From Syncephalis fuscata S228 (lineage: Eukaryota; Fungi; Zoopagomycota): a stretch of DNA of 64,000 nucleotides. The stretch lies in assembly GCA_025786725.1 (NCBI GenBank), contig JAHLTZ010000011.1, positions 310,001 to 374,000 on the forward strand. The letters run 5' to 3'. Positions 46,452 through 58,665 of this stretch are shown here, in pieces. How positions within the stretch are numbered: position 1 is the first letter of the stretch; every line of letters begins with the position of its first letter. Position numbers and translations under genes: made by a program. Below the pieces are notes generated by a model, which saw nothing but the letters and a program-made list of their open reading frames with translations, was not told the DNA's origin and made no database searches.

Positions 46452-48383
46452 ATGCCGCTTTGTGTGAGCGCTGCCCCTGGAATGTTGGAACAGACGCAGT
46501 CACCCCCGCTGGCGCAACCAACGGCCACTATGCGTCGACATCGTCGTCGTTCTAGTCATCATTTGTTAATGTCACTGCCTATGCGGCCTGTATCCACCTC
46601 ACCATATATCCACCCATCTTATCCTACTCATAGGCCTAGACCCGTCACACCCGATGACGATCAAGAAGCATACACCGATATGGCCACTGTTGACTCGTTA
46701 ATGGACGATGCATGTGGCCCTATTCTTCGCAGCCAATCGGTACGCTTAAACCGAGAGACCGATGGTGGCGCACCTTTACGTCCATTGGACATTCTTGCGC
46801 CATGTCCCAAAAAAGCCGGTGGTCGAATTGGCTCTGGCTGGCAGCGTTGGATGGCAGCATTTCCAACAACGACAACTACAACTACTAATAGCAGTACAAC
46901 GGAAACAGAGTCACGCCAGACTGGACGTATGCTTGCTCGACCATTAAGCTTTTGTTTTGGTGAAGACTTAGATCTAGATGGCGACCTTGATGAGGTGGGT
47001 CGCCGTATGGCTTCACTACAGCGTGAGTTTAGTAATGCTCGTCAAGCACGCGTAGAGGCAGAGGCAGAGGCAGAAGCCTTGTCGCCGGTCGTCGTGGATC
47101 TAGCCTTAACTGCTTCTGCACAATCATCAATATTGGATGACTTAATGCGTGTATCGACGCCGTCTACTGCACCACCACCACAACAACAGCCATCGTTAAC
47201 ATCAACAATATCTGCTTTAGAATCGGCCAATCGTCCAAAAGTTACTATTCCATCACATCAAGAAAGACGGGGCCATCGTGGCCCTATATCAGCTGCAGGT
47301 GAATCAGCCGCCATGGCTGAACTTATGGGTATATTCTCCAATCCTGGCAGCTCACCTACCAGCTCTATCAACGAAATACCTGTATTGCCGCCTCTGCCAT
47401 CATTAGCAGAGCTTGATGATTTACAACCAACTGGTCTACAAGTTGCATTACCAGCTACAACACCTGCACTTACAGCCATGCTGGAGGCGGCAATTATGGA
47501 TGGTAGCGACAGCAGTAGTAGCAGCTGTGGTAGTAGCATTAATAACATTAATGATGATACAAAAATGGAAATGACACAGGAGCCAGATCAAATGATTGAA
47601 ACGACCAACAATGAATCATTTACAGTAGAAGTGGACGAACCGCCTCGTAAAACACGTAAAATTCCACCTCGTCTTAGTGTCAACACGTCCATAACTGAAT
47701 CTAACGATAACAGCTCCATTAGTCCATTATCAGTATCATCACTTTCCAGCGCCATGTCAATTGATCATGTATCTCCTGTAATGCCTGGTGTTGCTTTACC
47801 TTTAGATGCACCCACCGTTATTGCTCCAATTACTGCAACTGAAATGGAAGATGAAGATATGCTAGCGCGTGCCACAACACCAACGGCAATACCTTCACTA
47901 ACTATGTTACAGCCACACTTGGACGATAGTGTTAATCCAAGTGATCTTGGCCGATCGCCTATTGTACGCACTACTAATCCAGTGCCACTAGATTGGTCAT
48001 TTGTCACAACACCCCGTGTTCCAAAGTCTATGATGCCCATTGGACCGACCGATGTTGCTGATGACGACGATAGTGATTTAATTGATCATATGGGCGGTGA
48101 AATATACAATACCAATGCGCCACAGCCACTTGAAACTATTGTAGATGACGACGATGTTGGTCAAACAGCTGCCGCTGCCGCTGCTACTGCCAACTTTCTT
48201 AATATGGCACCACCTGGTCGTCCAAGTGCACCACTTAACGCAGCCTCGCATGCCATTTACGGTGCAAATACTAATAGCGGTGGTGTCCCACCGGCTGGCT
48301 ATCAACGCCCCAGAAGCTTTAGCGTAAGTGTTGCCTCGGCACGGACAGCAACAATGAATCGTCTTGGCCTTCGTCGTCTTTAG
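46452..48383 (+). CDS. Long low-complexity, probably disordered protein of unknown function; start uncertain
   Basis: Uninterrupted GC-richer ORF of ~640 aa after a long pyrimidine-rich leader. Confidence 0.7.
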   Translation: MPLCVSAAPGMLEQTQSPPLAQPTATMRRHRRRSSHHLLMSLPMRPVSTSPYIHPSYPTHRPRPVTPDDDQEAYTDMATVDSLMDDACGPILRSQSVRLNRETDGGAPLRPLDILAPCPKKAGGRIGSGWQRWMAAFPTTTTTTTNSSTTETESRQTGRMLARPLSFCFGEDLDLDGDLDEVGRRMASLQREFSNARQARVEAEAEAEALSPVVVDLALTASAQSSILDDLMRVSTPSTAPPPQQQPSLTSTISALESANRPKVTIPSHQERRGHRGPISAAGESAAMAELMGIFSNPGSSPTSSINEIPVLPPLPSLAELDDLQPTGLQVALPATTPALTAMLEAAIMDGSDSSSSSCGSSINNINDDTKMEMTQEPDQMIETTNNESFTVEVDEPPRKTRKIPPRLSVNTSITESNDNSSISPLSVSSLSSAMSIDHVSPVMPGVALPLDAPTVIAPITATEMEDEDMLARATTPTAIPSLTMLQPHLDDSVNPSDLGRSPIVRTTNPVPLDWSFVTTPRVPKSMMPIGPTDVADDDDSDLIDHMGGEIYNTNAPQPLETIVDDDDVGQTAAAAAATANFLNMAPPGRPSAPLNAASHAIYGANTNSGGVPPAGYQRPRSFSVSVASARTATMNRLGLRRL

Positions 48384-48957
48384 AATGACTATTTTCACCA
48401 CGGAATAGTCAGCACCATATCTTCCTTTACCCTCCTACCGCTCATCTCTTTATACTTGGCGCTCTCTGTTGTTCTTTCACTTTTCGTATACGATTGGCCA
48501 TGTGTACTGCGGGTCAGTCTTTGGTTATGTGTTGTATATATTGTAACAATCTGAGTATTTGTACGCGAAAGGTTGTCTTTCTGTTTAAAGGCACGGTCAC
48601 TATTGTCCATGCCAGTATATCAATTGTGTTTGTTGAATTTGTTCACAGATGCGATAACATTAACTGAACAGTAATTTCTAGTTTTTATTCTATACAGTTC
48701 AATTATATTAATGCTATCGTTTATTAATCATTCTTTATAAAATAAAATATTCCATTGGATATAAAAAAGCATAATTACCCATATAAACTAATATAATAGG
48801 AACACCATTAGTAGCAATTAAGTTATGACCAAATAAAAACTGTTATTTATTTGCACTACTTTGTTATGCGTACTTGTATACAAATGAATAATAAAATAGT
48901 GCGTTTGTCTGCTATCTATCTATAATATAATCTGATATTCTCGTTATATACACCAGC

Positions 48958-49760
48958 CTACTCTTCACTAGATGCCATACGTTGTGAGCGTGATCGTGTA
49001 CTTATTCCTGCGGTTGGTTCGATTGAAGAGCTACTGCTCGCTTTGTCTTTCGGTAATTGTGCTGCCTTACTGCTGGCCCGAATGGTTGCAAACGATTTGT
49101 ATGGCTGATCCCGAGATGGAACGACAGGGGCAACAACTTTGGCAGGTGGTGCGGCAACTAGCATGCCACCGGCCACCATTAGTGCCGCACCGAACCACCA
49201 ACGCATAGCAAGGGGCTCGTCAAAGCAAAAGTGGCCAAATAGCGCCTAATTATTAGTAATCATCTATTAGTAAAATAAATAGCGTAGATAGGATAGCATT
49301 ACTTACGGTAAAACAGAAATTGGCACAACTGTTTATCACTGTTACACGGGCTGACGATTGCGTTCGGCTAAGGGATTTGGTGAAAAAGGCCCACATGGCA
49401 GCATTTGATAAAATCATAGCACCGGCAAATAAGGCGCGCACCAGCCAAAGAGTCTACACAAGCACGATGACATCAATAGTATCGATAAGTATATTGTTTG
49501 TTTGCTTGTTCATTCACTACTGTACTTACACGGTCCAAATCGAATACAAAGTCAAGGTCTAGCTTACGTACAAAATAGTGCACATTACTGGCCGCAGCTA
49601 CCGTACGCTCTTCCATAGCAAGTTTGCCAAAAAGACTGGCTGTTGCCGCGCTTAGACCGGCCAATAAAGCAAGTAGCACCTCGGAACGCAATGGCTTTCG
49701 TGTAGGCCGCTTCCCATTGGGAAGCGTAGCGTGGTAATTATCATAATCAATAGGTGGCAT
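48958..49760 (-). CDS. TMEM42-like small membrane protein (EamA-like), 3 exons
   Basis: ALLAGLSAATASLFGKLA; SNAAMWAFFTKSLS...VINSCANFCFT|ALFGHFCFDEPLAMRWWFGAALMVAG. Confidence 0.8.
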
Positions 49761-50207
49761 GTTGTAATGTAGAGTGTCAAGATTTAAACAACCAAAAATG
49801 AAAGGAGGCTTAATAAGCCAAGAAAATAATGACGAGTGTCTTTTGTAGACAAAGTTTATCTGTAGGTAAAGAAAAAAGGAAATTTTTTAGAATAAAGGCT
49901 TTTTAAAGCCTATGGCAATTTTATTTTTATATCATTCACTCGTTAACTGGTGGGATGCTGCATCGTTGTGATTACTCAGAGAGATAAAGCCGATGTGTCC
50001 CGATCACCAAGTTTTTCCGTCCCGAGCTGAGCTTCAGATAAAGGCATGCAATAGCCATAAGCGACAAAAACTACGAATAATCCTGACTGATCATTTCTAC
50101 TTTTGTATAAATCTTACTAATAGGCACAATGATTAGAGAATAAATAATACTCAAAAACTGTTTATTTTAAATGTCAAAAGCGATGGCTTTGATAATAATT
50201 GCTTATA

Positions 50208-50430
50208 TCATTTAAACTGCGATAACATACTTTTATAATTTGTCCGCAAATCGATGAGAACCCGCTCAGAATTAGCTATTGCTGCAAATCCCAAGTCCAC
50301 AGTCTTGGCAATATAAGATTTACATTGAATTCTTGGCAATTTGGTTTGTGTACCTATAATCAACAATAGCCTGCATGGTTGAATTTTACTTTGACTTCCA
50401 CATTTGGGCTCCAAAGCAAAATTCAATCGT
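50208..50430 (-). pseudogene. Possible decayed protein-kinase fragment
   Basis: KIQPCRLLLII...AKTVDLGFA resembles D-I-K-P-x-N-I-L...K-I-x-D-F-G-F-A; no intact gene nearby. Confidence 0.3.
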
Positions 50431-51599
50431 CTACATAATACAATGGCTATTAAGCAAGTGAAACTGGCTAACTAAAACTGTAAACGTAGTTGCTTCGCCT
50501 TATGTATTGCAATAGATTTACTTATTTGTCAAGAATAAAATTTACTTCAGCATTTTTTACTGTTTGCTAGTATGTAATGTTGCTTTTAAAGTGTCTAATG
50601 TTGTTTCATTACTGGCTTTATAACTATTTAAACACTTGGGGTATATTGCAGTAACAAGTAAATAATTCTACACAGATACAACAATAGACATATTTAATGC
50701 TAGCTAAAAACAATAAGTCTAATGAATATATCTGAGCTGACCTGGTAGACGCAATCTGATATATTTGCATTGTCTTATGAGCAAACAATTGATAATATGC
50801 CTGACTAAGTGTAATGCTTTATTATCGAAAATATTACTATACAACAGTCAATCATTAATGTTGACAATGGATTGGTGGTAATAAGATCTAACCAATAGTG
50901 CTAATATATTACTAACAAGCTTGCATTCAGCTTATTAAACATTTTATAACTGGTATGTTTATTCTATTTAACATAATGATATTCATGTTTGAATATTTAT
51001 TAAATTATATATATAAGTGAGTGAAGTGTGTGTACCAGTCGATAATAACGTAGGAAATAAACAAAATTGCTGTAAAATAGAAGCAAATGAATAGAAGATG
51101 GAGCAATATGAGTGAGAATAAATAAATGCCATTAGAATGGATAAATGGTGTGAAAGTGGCCAACAGTCATTAGTCAATATACTTTTTATAGTCTTTTCTT
51201 ATATTTTGATATAATTATCGCGGATGTTTAACACAATGTAAACTTCATACCTGATATTCTTTTATTATACATTTTAATTACACCGGAGGTACAACTGTAA
51301 GCTAGCAATCTAAGCTTCTTTTTCTTTCGCTGTGCTCTGTGTTTTTATTAATGTATAGCGATATACTTTAATTATTTGTTATAATTTCTATAAGCAGTGT
51401 GTTTGATCACACTATTATTTCTTTCAACCATAAAACGGCATACAATTCAATTATCATGAATTTTAAAAGTATTGCCGAGATTAAAGTGTCATTTGATCAC
51501 TAATGTTTACCAATTTAGTTTCAAAAGATTAACTAAGTTATTAGATGCATAATATCGAGTGTATTATTAAATGCTATATACAGTGTTTTTTGCTTTTTG

Positions 51600-53440
51600 T
51601 GCTTTATTTCTGTTCAGTACTGTTGTTCTAGTTGTATCAAAATTGCTTGAATTTTTACTAAACTTGATCTAACAGCATGATCTTAATGACTTGCTTTTCG
51701 TTTATTAGCTCAATGGTAAGACTAGATCAATCAATATTTAGATAGTCAATTGCTTTCATTGACCTATGTTTTAGTCGGTTGTTCTGCAAACAGTCTCGCT
51801 TGGTTTTTTGTCAAAGCCGCTTTTAGAAACATAGGCTATCAGCTAAACCTCAAGTGATTACTGCTTGGTGTGTGTTCTGTTGCTACTACGCATCCAAGTT
51901 TGACTTTATTTGAATAAAGCTGCCTGGCGTGCATATCCTATTAGCCACAAATTGTATTACATGTAATCTGATGAATACAAGCTATTTCTCAGTCAAACAT
52001 TCGATGGTACGAATAATTAAATGTAATAGTTTACTCTTAAGAATGCTGTGATGCATTCTACTACAACAGTTTCTATTGTATAGACAATTCTCAGTCAATC
52101 TTGTTTAGTTGTCATCTCAAATACCGAAAGTTATACAGTGTGTGGTATCGATGCGCTTAGGAATAATTTCTTTGTAAATTTAATGCACTGCTTATTCTTG
52201 TAAAATTTCCATAATGTCGAGTTGAATACACGCATGCACCAGTCAGCATATTTTGTAACTAAACGAAACTCGACTAATTTATGTATAACAGTAAATAACA
52301 GTATAAATACTAATCTGATGTATTAAACTTGTTATTGCGTGTTTTTTGCATGCTACTCGGTATGCATGCAGATATTGGGAACTGCACGAGTCAGTAAAAG
52401 CAACAACAAAAGATAACAGCATTGCTTTTACAGAGCTAATCAATTTTCCCATTCTCACCATATAGCCAAATTGCACAATAAAAATACAGGTTAATATACA
52501 CATATCTATCGCATATTTACTGAATCAAGTTGGGTGGGTCATTATTATTGCCGCACCATCCGCGTAAATGCTGTGCTATATAACGTGCATACCAATAAAC
52601 TAATATTAATAAAATGCGAGTGAGAATTTATATTAACTAGCTATAAACTAATTGCATCCCATATATTTTATGTATGAACAAATAAATGTAATATCAGTAA
52701 ATGACAGTTTATATGCAATAACTATACACTAATTACATGCTATGGTCTGCGGGTGTCAGCCACATAATACTAGTTGTTAAGTACTATTATACATTAATTA
52801 GTTATTTAATAATGGCGCCCATTTACTTTATATTAATAGCATAACATTAATAGAAAGTAAGCGACATTGTGTAATATTGATTATTCATTAATGAAATGCT
52901 ATTTAATTCATATATCAATAGCTTAATATTAACAGGATGTAAGTTGCATTGTAGTTAATTAGCTATGCGCTAATTACATGTTATGTACTGTGTCTATCAA
53001 CAACCTAATATTAATGGGTTGTAAGCTATATTTTAGATTATCAGTTTATGCATTAATTATATGCCATGTAATATATTTATTTATAAATATAAAATAGTCG
53101 GCGTTTTAAGACACTAGCATTATTGATAGCACAATTTAAGATTATTCCAGTACACTTTAGTATATATTCGGTGGAGGCAAGAACATTTGATAAATATGCC
53201 GTTCAGTCCATTCATATATCAAGTCATGGCTAATGCATCGGTTTATCCAGTGTTTAATCAATGGAATCATTATTTTATCAACAGGTTTGCATCTAGTTGT
53301 CTCTATTCAACTGTGCAAACTAGTAGTAATAAAATTATGCTTTCATTATAGCTATATTCAATCGAATTTTATATTTATAATCATGGCTTATTTGCATTTA
53401 GTAATTAGCAAATATTAGTCAAATGGCTGAATTAATAACA
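51600..53440 (+). pseudogene. Decayed, internally deleted paralogue of the micro-exon locus (inverted relative to it)
   Basis: 52040-52520 matches the reverse complement of ~14425-14910; 53100-53440 matches the reverse complement of ~10660-10990; residual units TAG|AAA|GTAAG (52854-56), CAG|GAT|GTAAG (52936-38), TGG|GTT|GTAAG (53018-20). Confidence 0.8.
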
Positions 53441-54053
53441 GATTGCTAGTATTATAATAATAAATCAGCATTTGATAAACACAAAACTTGGCACCTAGTT
53501 GTTGTTTATTTACGTATATATAATTGTATTATATACAATTAGAAATGACACTAAATTCTGTTTTATTAATTAAATTCATTATATATATATAAAACATTAA
53601 AACATTAAGATCATGGTATTTAGCAAACATTGTATGCTTGGTACACTTATGCTGTTAAACACAATAATATTTTATTTGAATAATTAGATATTTGTGTATT
53701 GAATAAACCAAGTGTGTAAAACAGTCAACAATAATGTTATTAGATATAAACAAGATTATTATGATACAGTGTAGAGCAATTAGAAGACGAAACAAAATAA
53801 ACAAAATACTGGCTGTTCAATATTTAATAGAGTGCTAAATATTTATAAACTTTTTTGTATTCAGAAAAAGTAAAAACAAACCATCAAATCAAATCGTCAT
53901 TCTTCCACCTTAGTGCTTCGCGACTTTAACAACAATAACAACACGACCGCCACTCCATTCACATCTTGTCGCATCACTAAGCCCAAACCCAAAGGGAACA
54001 GATATATGTTGTTTTAATATAATACACATAACACAGCGATTTATACTGGTATA

Positions 54054-55983
54054 ATGTTTAGTGGCAAGTGTAATACTAGCGCGATGATTATTTGTTAATC
54101 TAAAAAATACACGATGCATTTATAGGATTTGGCGGTAGTGCAGCGACAGCAGGCCAGCCCACGACATCAGGCGGTGGATTCACATTTGGTGCTCAGCCCG
54201 CAACAACAACGGCACCAACGTCGTTTGGGGGATTTGGAGGCCAACCTGCAACGTCGGCAGCACCAGCGTCGTTTGGTGGGTTTGGAAGTCAGCCGGCAAC
54301 ATCGACGGCAACTACTGGTGGTGCTTTTGGCTTTGGAGCGCAGACAACGCCAGCTGTGTCGAGTGCAGCGGGTGGATTTGGCGCTACACCCGCTACATCA
54401 ACGGCAGGATTTGGTTTTGGAGCACAAACTGCGACAACAAATACCGGTGGCGGCGGCTTTAACTTTAATACGCAAGCTCAAACCACCGCTTCAGCTGCAC
54501 AGCCAACGACAGGTCTATTTGGAGCGACACCAGCAACGAGTACGGGTGCAGCTACCGGATTTGGTACAGGGGCGGCACTAACGGCAAATAAACCAGGTGG
54601 ACTATTTGGATCGACGACCGCTACCAATACAGCGGGCGGATTTGGATTTGGTGCACAGCAGCAGCCTGCAGCATCTACAGCACTCGGTGGAACAGGCAGT
54701 TTATTTGGAGGTGGACAGACAGCCGCTTCAACAGCAACAACAGGTGGTCTATTTGGCGCTAAACCGTTGGGAGGTGGGTTTGGTGGATTTGGCGGTCAAG
54801 CTGCGACAGGAACAACTGCGACAGGATGGCCGGCTACACAGCAAACAGCATTGGGCGCCACAACAGGAGGTGGTTTTGGTTTTGGTGCGGCCAATGCGGC
54901 AAAACCTGCAACAGCTGCACATCTTGCTTCTTCAGCATTACTTGGTATTTACTAAATGAATTAATCGGTAATGGCTATTAATTAATATATATATGTGTGT
55001 GTGTGTAAATATAGGCTCAACAGCAGCACCTACACCGCAGGAACAGTTAGAATCGCTTAAAGTATCATGGGATACTACAAGCCCACTTTGTCAATTACAG
55101 GTAAACAAACTGTATATTTTAATGATAAATGACTAATTTACAATCAGCATTATTTGTATAATCTTGTTCATCCAAGTGAAGTACATCTTTACCAATGTCC
55201 ACCTAATCAAAACGAAACACTATGGCGACAGGCGCAACGAGACAATCCTGATCCCTCATGGTAAATAGATAATTGGCTATATATACTATAATTAATATTT
55301 TGTACTCGACAGTCTTGTTCCAGTATTGGCGGTGGGATTTGGAGATTTAGAAAACGTTTAGACCAACAGCGAGTACAAACGGTAGCCCATGAGGAGAAAC
55401 TAAAAGTAAGCAAAATGTAGTATTGACGAGAATAATATTAAATAAAGTTATTGACAACAGGAAGTGCGAAAAAAGCTTGAAGACTTACAACAAGCCCACG
55501 ATTTAAATACATCGTCAAAACTTGCCGAGTTTCGACGTCGACAACTTGTGTTAATGCAGCGTGTTTTGGATGTAAGTAGCTAATGGCTAATTGTTAATAA
55601 TACATATCTAAATAATAATGCCAAATCAAATATACTAGATTATGCGTAAAATACATTTATTACGTTCACATGGCCGATCACTACGGCCAGAAGAGGAGGC
55701 ATTGCGGGCTCGTTTGGAGCGTTTACAACAACGTCTCGTACGGCCTGGCCAATATCGCGCACGACTTCAAGAGCTTACAGTACTACTGGAAAGAACCGTC
55801 GAGCATAGAAAGCTCGAAGGCAGCTTGGCATGGGGCATACCAGATGGTGATCGATTGGCGCGAACACAGCGTGCTCTTGAGGAACAGCAACGAGGCATTG
55901 CTCACTTAATTGATGTGCTCGAGTCGGACAGTCGAGATGTCGAGGTTATGGAACATGGCCATAATATAAATCGAATGGATTAG
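54054..55983 (+). CDS. NUP57: FG nucleoporin Nup57/Nup54
   Basis: GFG/GLFG repeats; HYLYNLVHP..LWRQAQRDNPDPS|LVPVLAVGFGDLEKR; LRPEEEALRARLE; LEEQQRGIAHLIDVL. Confidence 0.9.
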
Positions 55984-56359
55984 ACGATTGTTTTTCTTGT
56001 TAGTTAGCGCGCAGTCATTTCTATAAAGTTAAATCCTTTATTATTATTATTGTTGTTGTTGTTATTGGTGTTAAGTGCCACTTAACACAAGTAAAAGATT
56101 TTCTATGCTATCATATGACAATAGTGTTTTATAGCAATTATTACTGGTTAATTACAGCGATCTTTATATGACTATTAATACAATAAAAAGAGTAAATAAT
56201 AATAAATAAAGCTGGTTGTTTTAAAACAAATGCAACTATAGGACAGATTGTTAATAAAATTATAATTATAGATATTGTTGTTCTTAGCAACACGCCATAT
56301 AGTTAAAGTTTGTACAGTTGCTTTTATTCTGGTCTAGCTTTGTTTTAAACTAAACAGCC

Positions 56360-57695
56360 ATGGAATCTACAGCAGATGGTAAGCAGGACAACGTAGCTGC
56401 AACAACACCTAAATGGAACCACGATCTACGACAATTCCAGCTAAAACGCGTATTAAACGAAGGTAACGATGACGTCTATATACAATTTTAGACAAAAGCT
56501 TATGGTCTATTGCTACACAGATTCGTATAGCAAGACACTATTTCTACTAGGCACTCTTCCGTGTCAATCAGTAGCCGGCCTCAAACCAGTTGATGCTTTG
56601 CTTATTGTAGAAAAGCTGCACTTTTCACCAACAGAAATTGAACGCTTTACTAACCAGCGCTTAATACAAACACACACGGTTGGTCAAAATGATGTTTACC
56701 ACTGGTTGAAAGGCAAGATTGGACATCAGCTTACATCGGAAACGACAGCTTATTTGATCAGCGTCAATGATAGTAACGACGATGATAGTAAAACAACAGC
56801 TCGTGGTGAAGTGGTCGAGTATGATTGGTGGGACGTTAAAATGACGGTCGTCTATCCAGCTACTGAGGCAGTAAGGCATTGATATAGATCATAGTACAAT
56901 AGAATTAACGAGTATCATTTAAAGCATATTCGCAAGTATACATACCAAGAACGGCGAATGATTCGTGAAACTGCTGCCATCTACAGTGCTGTCATCGAGC
57001 CATACATTGCCTCGCTGTCAACTGCACGAATTCAATGGGTCTATAATATATTGGAGGGTAGTCATGAGCAAGAGAGTATTATTTACCGTGACAATGATCC
57101 AGAAACTGGCTTTGTTCTTATACCAGACAGGTAATTGATATTCAACCATTATTTAATTTGATATAGGATTTTTATTTAATATGATTATGATTATTGTTAC
57201 TATTATTAGTAAATGGGATGGTCAAACAATAGAAAGTCTTTATCTATTGACGCTGTGTCAAGATCGATCCATTCGTTCATTAAGAGATTTAAGGGCACAA
57301 CATTTGCCGCTATTACGCAATATGCGCAATAATATATTAAAATCAGCTTTGGAACGATTCAACGTGCCAGCACACCAGCTGCGTCTTTTCTTCCACTATC
57401 AACCTACTTATTGTGAGTCATTGATTAATTGCGATTTAAAAATAGCTTATTTTATTTTGTGTAGACCATCTTCACGTTCATGTAACACACATACGAAATG
57501 ATAAACTGGGTGGTATGACAGTCGGACAGTCCTATTTACTCGATAATGTTATTAGCTCACTGAATGTATGGATGACTTTTATGCAAAATGTCAATTACAT
57601 ATGCTTTAGGCGTAGATCATCCACTTTATGATGAGCTAGAAAAACATCATGCTGTTGTATCAGTAGATCCTATTGAGACTGCAGCCAAGTCATAA
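56360..57695 (+). CDS. DCS1: Scavenger mRNA decapping enzyme DcpS; apparent indels near 57560-57590
   Basis: QNDVYHW, VYPATE|HIRKY, WVYNIL, GFVLIPD|KWDG, IRSLRDL, FFHYQPTY|HLHVH (HIT-like motif). Confidence 0.92.
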
Positions 57696-57770
57696 AATAA
57701 ACAAAAGTAATAATAGTAATAATAATGTTTTTTATATAACTAATTGATTGATCTTTTAGTGTGATTTGTG

Positions 57771-58454
57771 AGTTAAATAACTATTTTTAATAACATCCAA
57801 TCTATTGAACGTGATGTTGGATGATGGGTAACATCAATCATCAAATACTCATCATTATAGATTTATTATCCAGTATGTATATATCATTACAGTATGTGCT
57901 ATTACTATGTATACCCGTCACTTTGCTTGATTAACATTAAAATCATAATTAATTGACATTATAATGAATACGCAATATTGAACAAGATTAGTAATGTTCA
58001 AATTATTGAGCATATATGCATGATCAATGAGCGAAATTAGTCGACATTTGTTAATAATGATGCTAGAACAAAAATAAAAACAGTTTTAGATAGAGCATGG
58101 ATAGACAATTATAGAATGATGTATAAAATGTTGAATATACGGTAAGAAAACATAAAAGCGATGTTAAAGTTATAGTGCATATAACGCAATCAGTGGAATG
58201 AGTAAAGTTTATTAGAACATGTAAAGAATAAAATGTGTCTAGTATATCATTCTATGCTATATAGTAGTGTGGAATAGAATAGAAATGCTATATGTGAATA
58301 GAGTATATACGTGTACTGAATATATGCATATTAGATAATAAATCTATGCTGATGAGTATTTTAAATCCTGATGTAAATTACTCCTAGTTTCATGTTCAAT
58401 AGAAAGAAAGCTTAATTTAAAAGTGTAACTATTATTAAATGTAGTCATTTGACC
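57771..58454. mobile_element. Non-autonomous MITE-like element, ~0.7 kb, with ~110-bp imperfect terminal inverted repeats
   Basis: AAATACTCATCA(TT/GC)ATAGATTTATTATC occurs at 57843 and inverted at ~58335-58363; right end TAGTCATTTGACC; related fragments at ~38850 and ~44580; no TSD seen. Confidence 0.6.
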
Positions 58455-58665
58455 AAAACAAAACAATAAAATGGTTAATAAATTGTTAATAAAAATATAA
58501 TTTATAATATGTTAAATTGCGCACATTTTATGTAATTAGAATGTAAAACTACTGTGCCGTTTAGAAGAATATTTTAAATATTGTTTATATACTAAAATAA
58601 TAATTTATAAAATAGATCATTTCTCTTCAAATGTATCGAGTTCTGTCACCCATTTCCAATCATGA

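Noticed and set aside
28132-48401. Antisense or overlapping ORFs such as 28132-28677, 43300-43947, 43527-43961 and 47258-47548
   Set aside because: Shadows of GC-richer real genes with no independent motifs.
49950-50060. Possible riboswitch or ncRNA upstream of the TMEM42-like gene
   Set aside because: Lacks the TPP aptamer core sequences and shows no convincing structure.
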